Assembly (NCBI RefSeq): GCF_053078305.1
Contig: NZ_CP166875.1
Length of the DNA: 64,000 nt
Reading direction: 5' to 3' (one strand)
From: a plasmid
Part shown: positions 30,495 through 41,700 of the stretch, one piece after another
Layout: each line of letters starts with the position of its first letter
How positions within the stretch are numbered: position 1 is the stretch's first letter
The notes under the pieces: model-generated
The model's database searches: none
Seen by the model: only the letters and a program-made list of their open reading frames with translations
What the model was told of the DNA's origin: nothing
Program-made: the position numbers and the translations under genes

Positions 30495-32513
30495 TCAGGC
30501 GGCATCAGCCAGGTTATCGGCGCGTTCAGTGGCATCCGTCTGTGGACGTGGTGAACCCATCCAGCCAGGCACCCAGCGGTTGTCTTTCATGTGGAACTCT
30601 GCATGTTCAGCGGCATCGCCTTTCTTCATCTTCTCCGCGTCCCGTGCGGCACCGGACAGTCCGGCATCATTCAGGGCATCGATAATCTGCGGCTTTTTCA
30701 GGTGACCGAAGAAGTTTGCTTTTGTCGGCTGCCACCAGTCACGCATGTGAAAGCCGATGGCGCTCTCCAGCGAGTCCAGCGGACTGCGTGACGTGTGACC
30801 ATACTCGCGGGTCTGAACGCCGTGGATGCTGCACGCGGTGCAGAAACTGAGCAGTGATAACAGCACGTCCTGGCTGAGTGACAGGAACGTCGTCATGTCC
30901 CGTGCCCATCCCTCCGGTAACAGGGCAGCAAGACGGGCTTTTTCTGCCATCATCGCCATGAATGCGGCACCGTCCTTCCCCGATGGCGCATCGCTGGTCA
31001 GCGAATAATGTTTACATTCCAGGCTGATTTGTGCTGGTTTACTGTACGCTCCGCTGCCAAACACATTCAGGCAGAGCGTCCATGCCAGCAGTGCCAGAGA
31101 TTTGTCCGGTTGCTGCATGAGTGCCGCCTGGACTGCCAGCGTGCGTTCGGAAGACATTTTCGTCAGCAGTGGCAGACTGATTTCCTCCACTGACGCTTTC
31201 TCCTGCACCTGTTCCGTGCGGTCAGCGTCGTCAGTCACGTCATCTTCACTGCGCAACTGCACACCACGCTGGACACACACATTACCGTAACGCCAGGACA
31301 CCACCACGCCACTTCCGGCACGCATCTCCGGCGTCCACGCCCTGACCTTCGCCATGCAGTCAATCAGCTTCATTTCTGCTGCCAGCAGGTCAGATTCCTC
31401 ACACTGGTTTTCCAGCGCGTCGTAACGCATCATCAGTTCGTTCAGGCGTTCTTCTTCTGCCTCCGTCAGCACCGCTTCCGGCTCCGGCAGGTTGCGGTAT
31501 GCCCGGGAATCTTCACGGCACTCACCGACAGGCTCCATGCGTCCGGCGCACCATTCCCAGCCTTCGGCTTCCCGAAGGTGTTCAGCGACAGCCTGGAGTT
31601 TTTCCAGCAGGGCGGCATCGAGCGCCACGCAGTCCACATAGCCACCCTCGTCATCGCTGAACAAATCAGTACGCAGTTCGTCAGGTGAGAAAGCATCAGC
31701 CCCCACGAAGCGGAATTTAGTGTTGTCCTTCACCGCCACTTCACTTTCCGTAATCAGATTGCGGATAACCCGCACATCCGGTTTACCGCCCCATCCTGAC
31801 TGGCAGGCCGCTTCAAACACCTGCACCTGACGCGCGGTGTCGTTCTCCAGCGCCAGCGCCTGACAGTGCTCGGTGGTGATGCGGTCTTCTGCCAGCGCAT
31901 CGAGGATGACAGGCGCAAGGTCTGCCAGTTTCAGCATTCGCTGAACGTGGCGGGGCGAATAACCCAGCAAATCACCGATTTGTGCAGGTGTTTTGCCTTC
32001 CTGCGCCATTGCACGGAATCCGGCAATCTGTTCGGCAGGGTGCATATCCCGACGATGACCGTTCTCGGTCATCGATGCGGCAGTCGCCAGCTCCTGCGGA
32101 ATGACCTTCACACGGACAGGCCAGTCAACCTGAATGATGTCACGCTCTGCCAGCATGTTGAGTGCTGCCAGTCGGCGACCACCTGCGGCGACACCGTAAC
32201 GGTCACCTGGCAGGGCATGAACAACCAGATTCTGTAACAGGCCGACACCTTTAATGGAGTCCGCCAGTTCGCTGACGGACTCCGCAGAATACGGCACCGT
32301 GCGCACATTCAGCGGAGACTTAATCAGCGAGGCCAGCGGCACGCTCACTTCCTCCGTCTGCGCCAGCAGGGCCGACAGGACTGTTTCCTGCGTTTTTGCA
32401 GGTTTACGGCTGGATTTACGCTCCGTTTTTGCCTTAGACTCTGTAACTGACATAGTTAGTACCTCCCAAAACGGTAATAATGATTGTCTGCCGGACGCGT
32501 TCCCGTCCGGCAC
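30495..32513 (-). CDS. ParB-like nuclease-domain protein of the leading region
   Basis: About 650 aa; ParB/Srx-like N-terminal domain; conserved position between ssb and psiB; start may be the internal ATG (MSVTESK). Confidence 0.7.
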   Translation of the reverse strand: MPDGNASGRQSLLPFWEVLTMSVTESKAKTERKSSRKPAKTQETVLSALLAQTEEVSVPLASLIKSPLNVRTVPYSAESVSELADSIKGVGLLQNLVVHALPGDRYGVAAGGRRLAALNMLAERDIIQVDWPVRVKVIPQELATAASMTENGHRRDMHPAEQIAGFRAMAQEGKTPAQIGDLLGYSPRHVQRMLKLADLAPVILDALAEDRITTEHCQALALENDTARQVQVFEAACQSGWGGKPDVRVIRNLITESEVAVKDNTKFRFVGADAFSPDELRTDLFSDDEGGYVDCVALDAALLEKLQAVAEHLREAEGWEWCAGRMEPVGECREDSRAYRNLPEPEAVLTEAEEERLNELMMRYDALENQCEESDLLAAEMKLIDCMAKVRAWTPEMRAGSGVVVSWRYGNVCVQRGVQLRSEDDVTDDADRTEQVQEKASVEEISLPLLTKMSSERTLAVQAALMQQPDKSLALLAWTLCLNVFGSGAYSKPAQISLECKHYSLTSDAPSGKDGAAFMAMMAEKARLAALLPEGWARDMTTFLSLSQDVLLSLLSFCTACSIHGVQTREYGHTSRSPLDSLESAIGFHMRDWWQPTKANFFGHLKKPQIIDALNDAGLSGAARDAEKMKKGDAAEHAEFHMKDNRWVPGWMGSPRPQTDATERADNLADAA

Positions 32514-32518
32514 CTCTC

Positions 32519-32794
<276 letters not shown>

Positions 32795-32809
32795 TCACAG
32801 TCAGGCCAG

Positions 32810-33337
32810 TCAGAACGGGATATCGTCTGAAAATCCGTAATCCTCCCCCTCCGGCGGCTGAGGCTGAGGCTCGGGCTGCGCGGCCTTACGTCCACGGCCT
32901 TTCGTTTTCGCGCCACTTTTTTTCGTCGCGTCAGCACTCTGTGGCTGCCCATTCTGCTGAGGCTGCGGTTGTGCCTGAGCGTTCTGCTGTGGTGCAATCC
33001 CCAGCATCTGCATGGTGCCCGTGGTCTTAACAAGAATTTCAGTGACGTAACGGGTGATACCGTTATCTTCCCAGCTACGGGTTCGGAGTTGCCCCTCGAT
33101 ATAGACCTGCGCGCCCTTGCGCAGATATTCACCAGCCACTTCCGCGAGCTTGCCGAACAGCACCACGCGGTGCCATTCCGTCTGCTCCCGCATCTCCCCC
33201 GTCTTTTTGTCGCGCCAGCTTTCTGATGTGGCCACCTGCAGGTTTGCCACTGCGCCCCCGTTGGGGATGTAACGGACCTCCGGATCATTGCCCAGACGCC
33301 CGACGAGGATGACCTTGTTGATACCACGTGCACTCAT
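32810..33337 (-). CDS. ssb: Plasmid single-stranded DNA-binding protein
   Basis: 175 aa; OB-fold N-terminus, Gln/Pro-rich linker and C-terminal acidic tail DDIPF. Confidence 0.9.
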   Translation of the reverse strand: MSARGINKVILVGRLGNDPEVRYIPNGGAVANLQVATSESWRDKKTGEMREQTEWHRVVLFGKLAEVAGEYLRKGAQVYIEGQLRTRSWEDNGITRYVTEILVKTTGTMQMLGIAPQQNAQAQPQPQQNGQPQSADATKKSGAKTKGRGRKAAQPEPQPQPPEGEDYGFSDDIPF

Positions 33338-33394
33338 GAGAACCTCCTGACTGAAAGATGTGAGATAAACCGGATACCGGAGACGGGACGTTCA

Positions 33395-33850
33395 TATGCC
33401 CCTTCAGAGGAGCGAAAGCTCCTCCTGCCGTCCACTTCTTCGGGGTTTCTCCCCGCAGTGGACCTTTCCGATGGGGGCCCGTTTACCGCCTCACGGGACA
33501 GCTGTCCGGGGGCGGACGCAAAATTTTTTGCCGGGTTCATGGCTAAAAATTTTGTGGCCGGTATATCTTCCCCTGGACTGATGGAACGGGAGGTGGTTAC
33601 GTCTGCCCCCCGGAAAGTCCACAGCGGGAAACAGGCCGCAGAGGTGGCGGCAGAAGAGGAGCGCAGGCCACGGCGCGACAAAGGCGGCGCGACCGTTCCG
33701 GTCGCTGCAAGCCCGGGTTTTCACGCATCGGACCGTAGCGACAGCCCGAAACCGCGCCAGCGGGTTCGGCGGAGACTGGCGGGTGCGCCAGCAGTTGCCT
33801 GTCGGAGTCGGGCCTGACGACCGGATGCCGCCAGGCAGCCGGGAGCCGAA
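33395..33850 (-). repeat. Repeat family A copy 4 (upstream of ssb)
   Basis: Nearly identical to copy A1 over about 250 bp. Confidence 0.6.
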
Positions 33851-34037
33851 GGGGCGCATGTGTAAGAAGGTTCTTTAACGACAGGTCTGTAACAGGTACT
33901 TCCTGAAACAACGCCTGTCACCAACAGGAAGGGTAACGGGCGACGCGCCAGCGTGGCCCGCATCCCTTCCGGCAGGCGCCAGCCTGCCAGGGGTTTTCGC
34001 GCGGGCTGACAGGCGGCCTCCACCGCCTACCCCTGTA

Positions 34038-34229
34038 TCACCTGTGCCTGCTGCCCTGAAGGATGTAGTGACCACCGAGGAAAACCGCCTGCTGATTCGC
34101 CACAAAATCACAGATTTCATCAACAATCTGCGCGGTGGTGAGCGGTTTCTGCCCCATTTCACGACGCCGCGCATTAATCACGGCTTTGTAATTGCGCAGA
34201 ATTTCGCGGGTTTCCGTGCTGATATTCAT
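34038..34229 (-). CDS. Hypothetical small protein
   Basis: 63 aa ORF in leading orientation. Confidence 0.3.
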   Translation of the reverse strand: MNISTETREILRNYKAVINARRREMGQKPLTTAQIVDEICDFVANQQAVFLGGHYILQGSRHR

Positions 34230-34648
34230 TACCCGTTCTCCCCGTCCAGCGCCTGACGCATTACCCGCATAATCTCACGTTCTTCCCTGACAAATGCGTC
34301 ACCGTCGCCCCCGTTCTCGCTCCCTACAGCATGGAGGCGATAAATTTCACTACCAGCCATCACCATCACTTTTTCCAGCAGCACCGCAGGGACTGTTACA
34401 AGACGGTTTACGCGCTTTTCCTCCATCAGTTCATTGACAATATCGGAAACAACTCTGTCACATGCGCCATATACAAAAGCATCGTCCAGCCGCTGCATGA
34501 CGGTTTCCAGCTCATCGTCTGACAGGTTCCAGTCCCGGGCTATGTGGCGCACATCCCCGCGGGTCAGCACCACGGCAAAAACACATTCACTGTCCGGCAC
34601 GTCTGTATTCAGCACTTCGCGGATAATTTCTTTAACAGTACAGTACAT
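34229..34648 (-). CDS. Hypothetical leading-region protein, paralog of 15118-15552 (DUF1380-like)
   Basis: Shares start and RxVTVPAxLL region with the first copy. Confidence 0.45.
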   Translation of the reverse strand: MYCTVKEIIREVLNTDVPDSECVFAVVLTRGDVRHIARDWNLSDDELETVMQRLDDAFVYGACDRVVSDIVNELMEEKRVNRLVTVPAVLLEKVMVMAGSEIYRLHAVGSENGGDGDAFVREEREIMRVMRQALDGENG

Positions 34649-34694
34649 GTTCTCGTCTCCTTTACAGGGGCGGCATTGCCGCCCCGTCCGTTAA

Positions 34695-35120
34695 TCAGTC
34701 CAGTGCCGCGTAAATCGCGTTACATTCGGGGTGAAATTCGATGTGGCTCCACAACTGCGCATCGCGCATCCGGTAAAGCTGGGTCAGTCCTGCATCCCCG
34801 CTGTCGTGGTACAGCCACAACTGGCGGTTAATCACAAGGGAAGTCAGGATGATACCTGCGGCATCAGCACTCACAGTGCGGTCAAACCAGTTTTCACCGT
34901 TGACCAGATGAAAACGGTCGCCATCCGGCATCATGTAACCGCCACCGTCCGGCAGGCGGATGAAATGCCAGAAGCCTCCCTGATATTCCGGCATCATTTT
35001 TTGCGCCAGCGCGTACACATACGCCTCGGCATACAGAAAATCGTTGCCAAACAGGTAAGGCAGAAAGGAGAGACGGTCGCACTCTTCAACGTTCAGAGTG
35101 ACAGATTTCGCATACTGCAT
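34695..35120 (-). CDS. Antirestriction protein, KlcA/ArdB family
   Basis: 141 aa from ATG at MQYAKS with RBS ggagg; family assignment from memory; preceded by repeat B2. Confidence 0.6.
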   Translation of the reverse strand: MQYAKSVTLNVEECDRLSFLPYLFGNDFLYAEAYVYALAQKMMPEYQGGFWHFIRLPDGGGYMMPDGDRFHLVNGENWFDRTVSADAAGIILTSLVINRQLWLYHDSGDAGLTQLYRMRDAQLWSHIEFHPECNAIYAALD

Positions 35121-35139
35121 GGGATTTCCTCCGTTGTTC

Positions 35140-35335
35140 ACATATTCCGCGACACCGGGCGGTGCCGTGCCTCCAGAAAAGCCGGGCGATAAGGCGGGGA
35201 TGCAAGGGCGCAAGGGAAGCCGCAGCCTGACGCACACGGCTGGCGGGAGTTGGAGGGTGAGACCGCGAAATCTGAGCGGGTGAACGACCGGAAAATCACG
35301 GCAGACGGGAAGGAGGGACCGGGTGACCGCCGCGT
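35140..35335 (-). repeat. Repeat family B copy 2 (upstream leader element of the KlcA-like gene)
   Basis: Near-identical to 13905-14100. Confidence 0.6.
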
Positions 35336-35746
35336 GCACATTATATTCAGCGCCACATCCGGTAGCCTGCGATATAACACAGTTATCCTGTCAGTAAGAG
35401 CAGGTATGATGAATACACGGAGATTAAAAATATAATCTCCGTCACATGTTACCCCCGGAAACCGGTAACGCCGTCACGGGAAAGACGTGACAGAAAAAGC
35501 AGCCTCCGTTACTCCAGGTATCAGAAGGCTGAATAATGCATGAGACTTTCTTTCTTATGTGTCTGGTCAGGCTGGCTGACCAGCGTTTTTAGTAACACAT
35601 AGCCATATGTGTATTAAGCCACCTCATCTTATTTTGTTGAATTGATCACAATTCAACGGTTTATTTTTGGCGTGATGTGTGAGCCGTTATTCATCCCGGC
35701 ATGGAATTCATGCAATAACGAAAAGTAATCAGTGACGGAGAGTAAA

Positions 35747-36208
35747 ATGAAGAAATATATACCACTGGTATTATTTGTTTTTTCATGTCAGGTATTTTCT
35801 GCTGATATTCATGGACGGGTTGTGCGTGTTCTGGATGGCGATACCATTGACGTTATGTTATCTCAGCATCCGGTGCGTGTCCGTCTTGTTAATATTGATG
35901 CACCTGAAAAGAAACAGGACTATGGCCGGTGGTCTGAAAAAATAATGAAATCTCTGGTTGCGGGAAAAACGGTTACTGTCACATATTTTCAGCGAGATCG
36001 TTATGGTCGTATTCTCGGGCAGGTTTATGCACCAGACGGAATGAATGTTAATCAGTTTATGGTCCGTGCAGGCGCTGCATGGGTTTATGAGCAGTACAAC
36101 ACCGATCCTGTTCTTCCCGTCCTGCAGGGAGAAGCACGACAGCAGAAACGTGGTCTGTGGGCAGACAGCGCTCCTGTTCCGCCCTGGGTATGGCGCTCAC
36201 GGAAATAA
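35747..36208 (+). CDS. nuc: Secreted thermonuclease-family (SNase-like) endonuclease
   Basis: Signal peptide (MKKYIPLVLFVFSCQVFSA), SNase-like motifs; RBS ggagag; AT-rich. Confidence 0.7.
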   Translation: MKKYIPLVLFVFSCQVFSADIHGRVVRVLDGDTIDVMLSQHPVRVRLVNIDAPEKKQDYGRWSEKIMKSLVAGKTVTVTYFQRDRYGRILGQVYAPDGMNVNQFMVRAGAAWVYEQYNTDPVLPVLQGEARQQKRGLWADSAPVPPWVWRSRK

Positions 36209-36295
36209 TGATATTTCTGTGGCTATTGAGTTCTCATTGAAATGCGATATTTAAAAGTATGAAGCATATTACATTATTAACTTATTTCTCTGTTA

Positions 36296-36694
36296 ATGAA
36301 AGGTGAACAAATGAACTATCAGGCAGTATCAGAATTAATCACATCGTCTAATCATAATGTTCTTATTGTGGGGGACTCAGCTTCTGAAGTTGATAGCTTT
36401 TTAAATAAACTGAATATTACTGATTATAAGTATTATGATTTCAGCCAGATTTACAGTTGTTCTGACAGAACATTAAATGATTATGCGGTTATTTTTATCA
36501 GGGATGCACTGAACGCCAGTGAGCATATTATTATTTTTAATTGTACAGGATGGCCTGATTTGAATAATGAATCTGCCGTCATGCAGTTTGCCAGAGTGGC
36601 ACGAAAATCAGGAAAACAACTGATAGTCGCAGTAAGAGAACAGGATATGAAAAAAATGGAAGCAGAGTTTGGAAGGATCATAAAAATCCACTGA
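36296..36694 (+). CDS. Hypothetical AT-rich protein
   Basis: 132 aa ORF; no recognised domain. Confidence 0.35.
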   Translation: MKGEQMNYQAVSELITSSNHNVLIVGDSASEVDSFLNKLNITDYKYYDFSQIYSCSDRTLNDYAVIFIRDALNASEHIIIFNCTGWPDLNNESAVMQFARVARKSGKQLIVAVREQDMKKMEAEFGRIIKIH

Positions 36695-36973
36695 CGCCTT
36701 CGCGTTGCTCAGTTGTCCAACCCCGGGGACGGGAAAAAGCAAGTTTTCCCCGCCCCCGGCGTTTCTGTAGTGAAAAGCGGGAAATGGAGGGAATGGTCAG
36801 TAACAGGGAATGTGGTATTATCGCGGCGGGTGTCTGAGCCTTTCTGGTTCAGGCAAGACGCAGGTACTAGAAATGCGAAGACCCCACTTGTTAATCCATT
36901 AACTCGTGAGGCCTGCATGAAGTACTTGAACACTACTGATTGTAGCCTCTTCCTTGCAGAGAGGTCAAAGTTT

Positions 36974-37123
36974 ATGACGAAATATGCCCTTATCGGGTTG
37001 CTCGCCGTGTGCGCCACGGTGTTGTGTTTTTCACTGATATTCAGGGAACGGTTATGTGAGCTGAATATTCACAGGGGAAATACAGTGGTGCAGGTAACTC
37101 TGGCCTACGAAGCACGGAAGTAA
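36974..37123 (+). CDS. srnB: Hok/Gef-family type I toxin (SrnB/PndA-like)
   Basis: 49 aa MTKYALIGLLAVCATVLCFSLIFRERLCELNIHRGNTVVQVTLAYEARK; leader ORF starts at about 36917. Confidence 0.75.
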   Translation: MTKYALIGLLAVCATVLCFSLIFRERLCELNIHRGNTVVQVTLAYEARK

Positions 37124-37406
37124 GCTGCCGGGCGGGGACGGAAGTCCCCGCTTTCCGGAAGTGTGAGGTATTTCAGGGGCAGACACCCGACATGCCAGAA
37201 ACCGCCGGTCCCGCCCGGGGCCGGCACACAGGTTAAGGCATTTCCTGTTTTTCAGCCATTTCGCAACAAAAATCACATTAAACAACAGTAATCACCGTTG
37301 ATTTGTGCGCCAACACAGATCTTCGTCACAATTCTCAAGTCGCTGATTTCAAAAAACTGTAGTATCCTCTGCGAAACGATCCCTGTTTGAGAATTGAGGA
37401 GGCGAG

Positions 37407-37667
37407 ATGTCGCAGACAGAAAATGCAGTGACTTCCTCATTGAGTCAAAAGCGGTTTGTGCGCAGAGGTAAGCCTATGACTGACTCTGAGAAACAAATGG
37501 CCGCTGTTGCAAGAAAACGTCTTACACACAAAGAGATAAAAGTTTTTGTCAAAAATCCTCTGAAAGATCTCATGGTTGAGTACTGCGAGAGAGAGGGGAT
37601 AACACAGGCTCAGTTCGTTGAGAAAATCATCAAAGATGAACTGCAGAGACTGGATATACTAAAGTAA
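37407..37667 (+). CDS. copB: IncFII replication regulator CopB (RepA2)
   Basis: 86 aa with the recognised RepA2 sequence ([23 protein letters not shown]...). Confidence 0.85.
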
Positions 37668-37754
37668 AGACTTTACTTTGTGGCGTAGCATGCTAGATTA
37701 CTGATCGTTTAAGGAATTTTGTGGCTGGCCACGCCATAAGGTGGCAGGGAACTG

Positions 37755-37850
37755 GTTCTGATGTGGATGTACAGGAGCCAGAAAAGTGAAAACCCCGATA
37801 ATCTTCTTTAACTTTGGCGAGTGAGAAAGATTACCGGGGCCATCTAAAAA
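37755..37850 (-). ncRNA. copA: CopA-type antisense RNA (replication control), inferred
   Basis: Imperfect long stem-loop (ccccgataatctt...aagattaccgggg) in the repA leader between copB and tap; position as in IncFII replicons. Confidence 0.4.
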
Positions 37851-37890
37851 CCGTATAGCCAACAATTCAGCTATGCGGGGAGTATAGTTA

Positions 37891-37965
37891 TATGCCCGGA
37901 AAAGTTCAAGACTTCTTTCTGTGCTCGCTCCTTCTGCGCATTGTAAGTGCAGGATGGTGTGACTG
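37891..37965 (+). CDS. tap: RepA leader peptide Tap (RepA6)
   Basis: 24-codon [27 protein letters not shown] whose stop overlaps the repA start. Confidence 0.7.
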
Positions 37966-38816
37966 ATCTTCAACAAACGTATTACCGCCAGGTAAAGAAC
38001 CCGAATCCGGTGTTTACACCCCGTAAAGGTGCCGGAACGCTGAAGTTCTGCGAAAAACTGATGGAAAAGGCGGTGGGCTTCACCTCCCGTTTTGATTTCG
38101 CCATTCATGTGGCGCATGCCCGTTCGCGTGGTCTGCGTCGACGCATGCCACCGGTGCTGCGTCGACGGGCTATTGATGCGCTGCTGCAGGGGCTGTGTTT
38201 CCATTATGACCCGCTGGCCAACCGCGTCCAGTGTTCCATTACCACACTGGCCATTGAGTGCGGACTGGCGACAGAGTCCGGTGCAGGAAAACTCTCCATC
38301 ACCCGGGCCACCCGGGCCCTGACGTTCCTGTCAGAGCTGGGACTGATTACCTACCAGACGGAATATGATCCGCTTATCGGGTGCTACATTCCGACCGATA
38401 TCACGTTCACACCGGCGCTGTTTGCCGCCCTTGATGTGTCTGAGGATGCAGTGGCAGCTGCGCGCCGCAGCCGTGTGGTATGGGAAAACAGACAGCGCAA
38501 AAAGCAGGGGCTGGATACCCTGGGTATGGATGAGCTGATAGCGAAAGCCTGGCGTTTTGTCCGTGAGCGTTTCCGCAGTTACCAGACAGAGCTTAAGTCC
38601 CACGGCATGAAACGTGCCCGTGCGCGCCGCGATGCAGGCAGAACCCGCCAGGACATTGTCACCCTGGTGAAACGGCAGCTGACGCGTGAAATCGCGGAAG
38701 GGCGTTTCCGGGGAAGCCTGGAGGCCGTGAAGCGCGAAATCGACCGTCGTGTGAAGGAACGCATGATAATGTCGCGTAACAACAACTACACACGGCTGGC
38801 CACTGCCTCCCCCTGA
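37959..38816 (+). CDS. repA: IncFII replication initiator RepA1
   Basis: 285 aa from the start overlapping the tap stop; recognised RepA1 sequence. Confidence 0.9.
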
Positions 38817-38829
38817 GTTTTACCTCATC

Positions 38830-39250
38830 TGAATAATCCGGCCTGCGCCGGAGGCATCTGCACGCCTGAAGCCTGTCAGCGAACAAAAAAACAGCACCAC
38901 ATACAAAAAACAATCTCATCATCCCGCTTCTGGTGCATCCGGCCCCCCTGTTTTCGATACAAAACATGCCTCACTGACGGGGAATTTTGCTTATCCACAT
39001 TTAACTGCAAGGGACTTCCCCATAAAGTTACAACCGTTCATGTCATAAAGCGCCAGCCGCCAGCCTTACAGGGTGCAATGTATCTTTTAAACACCTGTTT
39101 ATATCTCCTTTAAACCACTTAACTACATTCATTTAAAAAGAAAACCTATTCACTGCCTGTCCTGTGGACAGACAGATATGCACCTCCCACCGCAAGCGGC
39201 GGGCCCCGACCGGAGCCACTTTAGTTACAACACTCAGATACAACCACCAG
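38830..39250. other. Vegetative replication origin region (oriR) with DnaA box
   Basis: DnaA box ttatccaca at about 38987, AT-rich stretch downstream of repA1. Confidence 0.55.
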
Positions 39251-39384
39251 AAAAACCCAAGTCCCGCGCAGAACTGAAACCACAAAGCCCCTCCTCATAA
39301 CTGAAAAGCGGCCCCGCCCCGGCCCAAAGGGCCGGAACAGAGTCGCTTTTAATTATGAATGTTGTAACTATACTCCATCATTGC

Positions 39385-39665
39385 TGTCAGTATTCTGGCT
39401 GGAAGTCCTCAGTACACGCTCGTAAGCGGCCCTCACGGCCCGCTAACGCGGAGATACGCCCCGACTTCGGGTAAACCCTCGTCGGGACCACTCCGACCGC
39501 GCACATAAGCTCTATCATAGCTGACAGCGGGTATGGCTTTGCAGGGTGGGGATGGGTAAGGTGAAATCTATCAATCAGTACCGGCTTACGCCGGGCTTCG
39601 GCGGTTTTACTCCGGTATCACATGTAACCACAGCGTGCCGCCTTACATGCGCTGACGCGCATAAA
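39385..39665 (+). repeat. Repeat family D copy 1 (about 280 bp, upstream of a toxin-antitoxin cassette)
   Basis: Near-identical to 41273-41548 and partially to 49862-49950; contains GC hairpins including a terminator-like cgccgggcttcggcggtttta. Confidence 0.6.
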
Positions 39666-39751
39666 CAACAAGTTGCTACATTAGCTTACAGGTTAATTCA
39701 CCTTGCATAAGATTAGCATATAGGTTAATGTTTATCGAAATGGGAGGTCAT

Positions 39752-40081
39752 ATGTTTAGCGTTGTTTATCACCCGGAAGCCAGGGAAGAAGCCACAGCAT
39801 TACCCATAAAAATCAGGGTGAAGTTTGACCGTCTCATCAGCAAACTGGAATATGACGCCCGATTACTGCGGGAACCGGATACAAAGCCCCTGGGGGATGG
39901 ACTTTTTGAGATCCGCACGATGGGGACGGACATAGCCAGAGGCATCTGGGTATACCACAAAGGCAATACCATCATCATGCTCCGGGTTTTCATCAAGAAG
40001 TCTCAGAAAACGCCAGCAAAAGAAATCGATCTCGCCAAAAAGCGGTTAGCGGAGGTACTTAATGAAACTGGTAAGCCATAA
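39752..40081 (+). CDS. higB: RelE/ParE-superfamily toxin, HigB-like
   Basis: Toxin-first arrangement with overlapping HTH antitoxin; RBS gggagg. Confidence 0.55.
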   Translation: MFSVVYHPEAREEATALPIKIRVKFDRLISKLEYDARLLREPDTKPLGDGLFEIRTMGTDIARGIWVYHKGNTIIMLRVFIKKSQKTPAKEIDLAKKRLAEVLNETGKP

Positions 40082-40343
40082 AGAACTGCATAACGAGTGG
40101 ATGCAGGACGACGAATATCGCGCTGCATGGCAGGAAGAAGAACGTAAGGAGAAACTCAGGGAGTTGCTTGCAGAATGGCGTAAGCATGACAATTTGACAA
40201 AAGCGCAGGTTGCTGAACGCATGGGGGTTACTCCTCCTGTTATTTCCCGCCTGGAAAACAACATCACTAAAGCCAGCATCGACACCCTGACTCGCTATGC
40301 CCATGCGTGCGGTATCAAAAAACCTGTTATTACGCTGTACTGA
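40062..40343 (+). CDS. higA: HTH (XRE-type) antitoxin, HigA-like
   Basis: HTH segment (LTKAQVAERMGVTPPVISRLENN); overlaps toxin stop. Confidence 0.55.
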   Translation: MKLVSHKELHNEWMQDDEYRAAWQEEERKEKLRELLAEWRKHDNLTKAQVAERMGVTPPVISRLENNITKASIDTLTRYAHACGIKKPVITLY

Positions 40344-40531
40344 ACTCTGCTCTATGGCTGCCAGTTCTGGAGAAATCAGTAACTAAATTTTAATTAGCTA
40401 CGTTATGGTAAATCTGCCTGATGTGTCGATTTCTCTGAAAGTAATTCGGCTTCTGTGGGCTGCGTTTGCCTTGTGCCACCTGAATGTAATCACTATGATT
40501 AAATATGATTAACAACTAATCGGATATACAA

Positions 40532-40810
40532 ATGAAAAACAATACCGCACAGGCAACAAAAGTAATTACCGCGCATGTGCCATTACCTATGGCTGATAAA
40601 GTCGACCAGATGGCCGCCAGACTGGAACGCTCCCGGGGCTGGGTTATCAAACAGGCACTTTCTGCATGGCTTGCCCAGGAGGAGGAGCGTAATCGCCTGA
40701 CGCTGGAAGCCCTGGACGATGTGATATCCGGACAGATTATCGACCATCAGGCTGTACAGGCCTGGGCAGACAGCCTCAGTACTGACAATCCGTTACCGGT
40801 TCCACGCTGA
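40532..40810 (+). CDS. Ribbon-helix-helix antitoxin (ParD/CopG-like)
   Basis: 92 aa; stop overlaps start of the downstream toxin. Confidence 0.55.
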   Translation: MKNNTAQATKVITAHVPLPMADKVDQMAARLERSRGWVIKQALSAWLAQEEERNRLTLEALDDVISGQIIDHQAVQAWADSLSTDNPLPVPR

Positions 40811-41085
40811 TGGAACTGAAGTGGACCAGTAAGGCGCTTTCTGATTTGGCGCGGTTATATGATTTTCTGGTGCTGGCCAGTAAACCTGCCGCCGCCAGAA
40901 TGGTACAGTCCCTGATACAGGCACCGGTCATTCTGTTAACTCATCCACGTATGGGAGAACAGTTGTTTCAGTTTGAACCCAGGGAGGTCAGACGGATTTT
41001 TGCTGGCGAGTACGAAATCCGTTACGAACTTAATGGGCTGCGTTTGGGAAACGTACAATATTGTACGGTTGCGCTATTGCGGTAG
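40810..41085 (+). CDS. ParE/RelE-family toxin
   Basis: 91 aa, coupled to the upstream RHH antitoxin. Confidence 0.55.
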   Translation: MELKWTSKALSDLARLYDFLVLASKPAAARMVQSLIQAPVILLTHPRMGEQLFQFEPREVRRIFAGEYEIRYELNGLRLGNVQYCTVALLR

Positions 41086-41272
41086 GGTGTACTCCAACGC
41101 TATACGGTATTTGGCAGACCTTTAGGGACATGAGATAACCTAAATGCAATAAGAGAAAAGCAATAACTTAAAGGCGATAGCTGATCACGATGAATCAATC
41201 AGTTACTTATCCGCATCGATTAAAAAATGCTCCTAACGTACAATAATTCCGTTTCCCAAACCGACCCCTCAG

Positions 41273-41548
41273 TGTTCTGGCTGGAAGTCCTCAGTACACG
41301 CTCGTAAGCGGCCCTGACGGCCCGCTAACGCGGAGATACGCCCCGACTTCGGGTAAACCCTCGTCGGGACCACTCCGACCGCGCACAGAAGCTCTCTCAT
41401 GGCTGAAAGCGGGTATGGCTTAACAGGGTGGGAATGGGATAGGCGAAATCTATCAATCAGTACCGGCTTACGCCGGGCTTCGGCGGTTTTACTCCGGTAT
41501 CACATGTAACCACAGCGTACCGCCTTCCATGCCGCTGGCGCGGCATAT
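41273..41548 (+). repeat. Repeat family D copy 2
   Basis: Near-identical to D1. Confidence 0.6.
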
Positions 41549-41600
41549 CATGGTGACGATATCTGAATCGTTATATACTGTGTATATACGTGGTAATGAC

Positions 41601-41700
41601 GAGGTGATAAATGGCACAGGTTAATATGAGTTTAAGAATCGACGCTGAACTGAAGGATGCTTTTATGGGGTCAGCCTGGAATTCGGAAAATAAACCACGT
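41601..41700 (+). pseudogene. RelB/DinJ-like antitoxin N-terminal fragment, truncated by a miniature element
   Basis: MAQVNMSLRIDAELKDAF then runs straight into the GGGG terminus of the Tn3-type inverted repeat. Confidence 0.5.
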
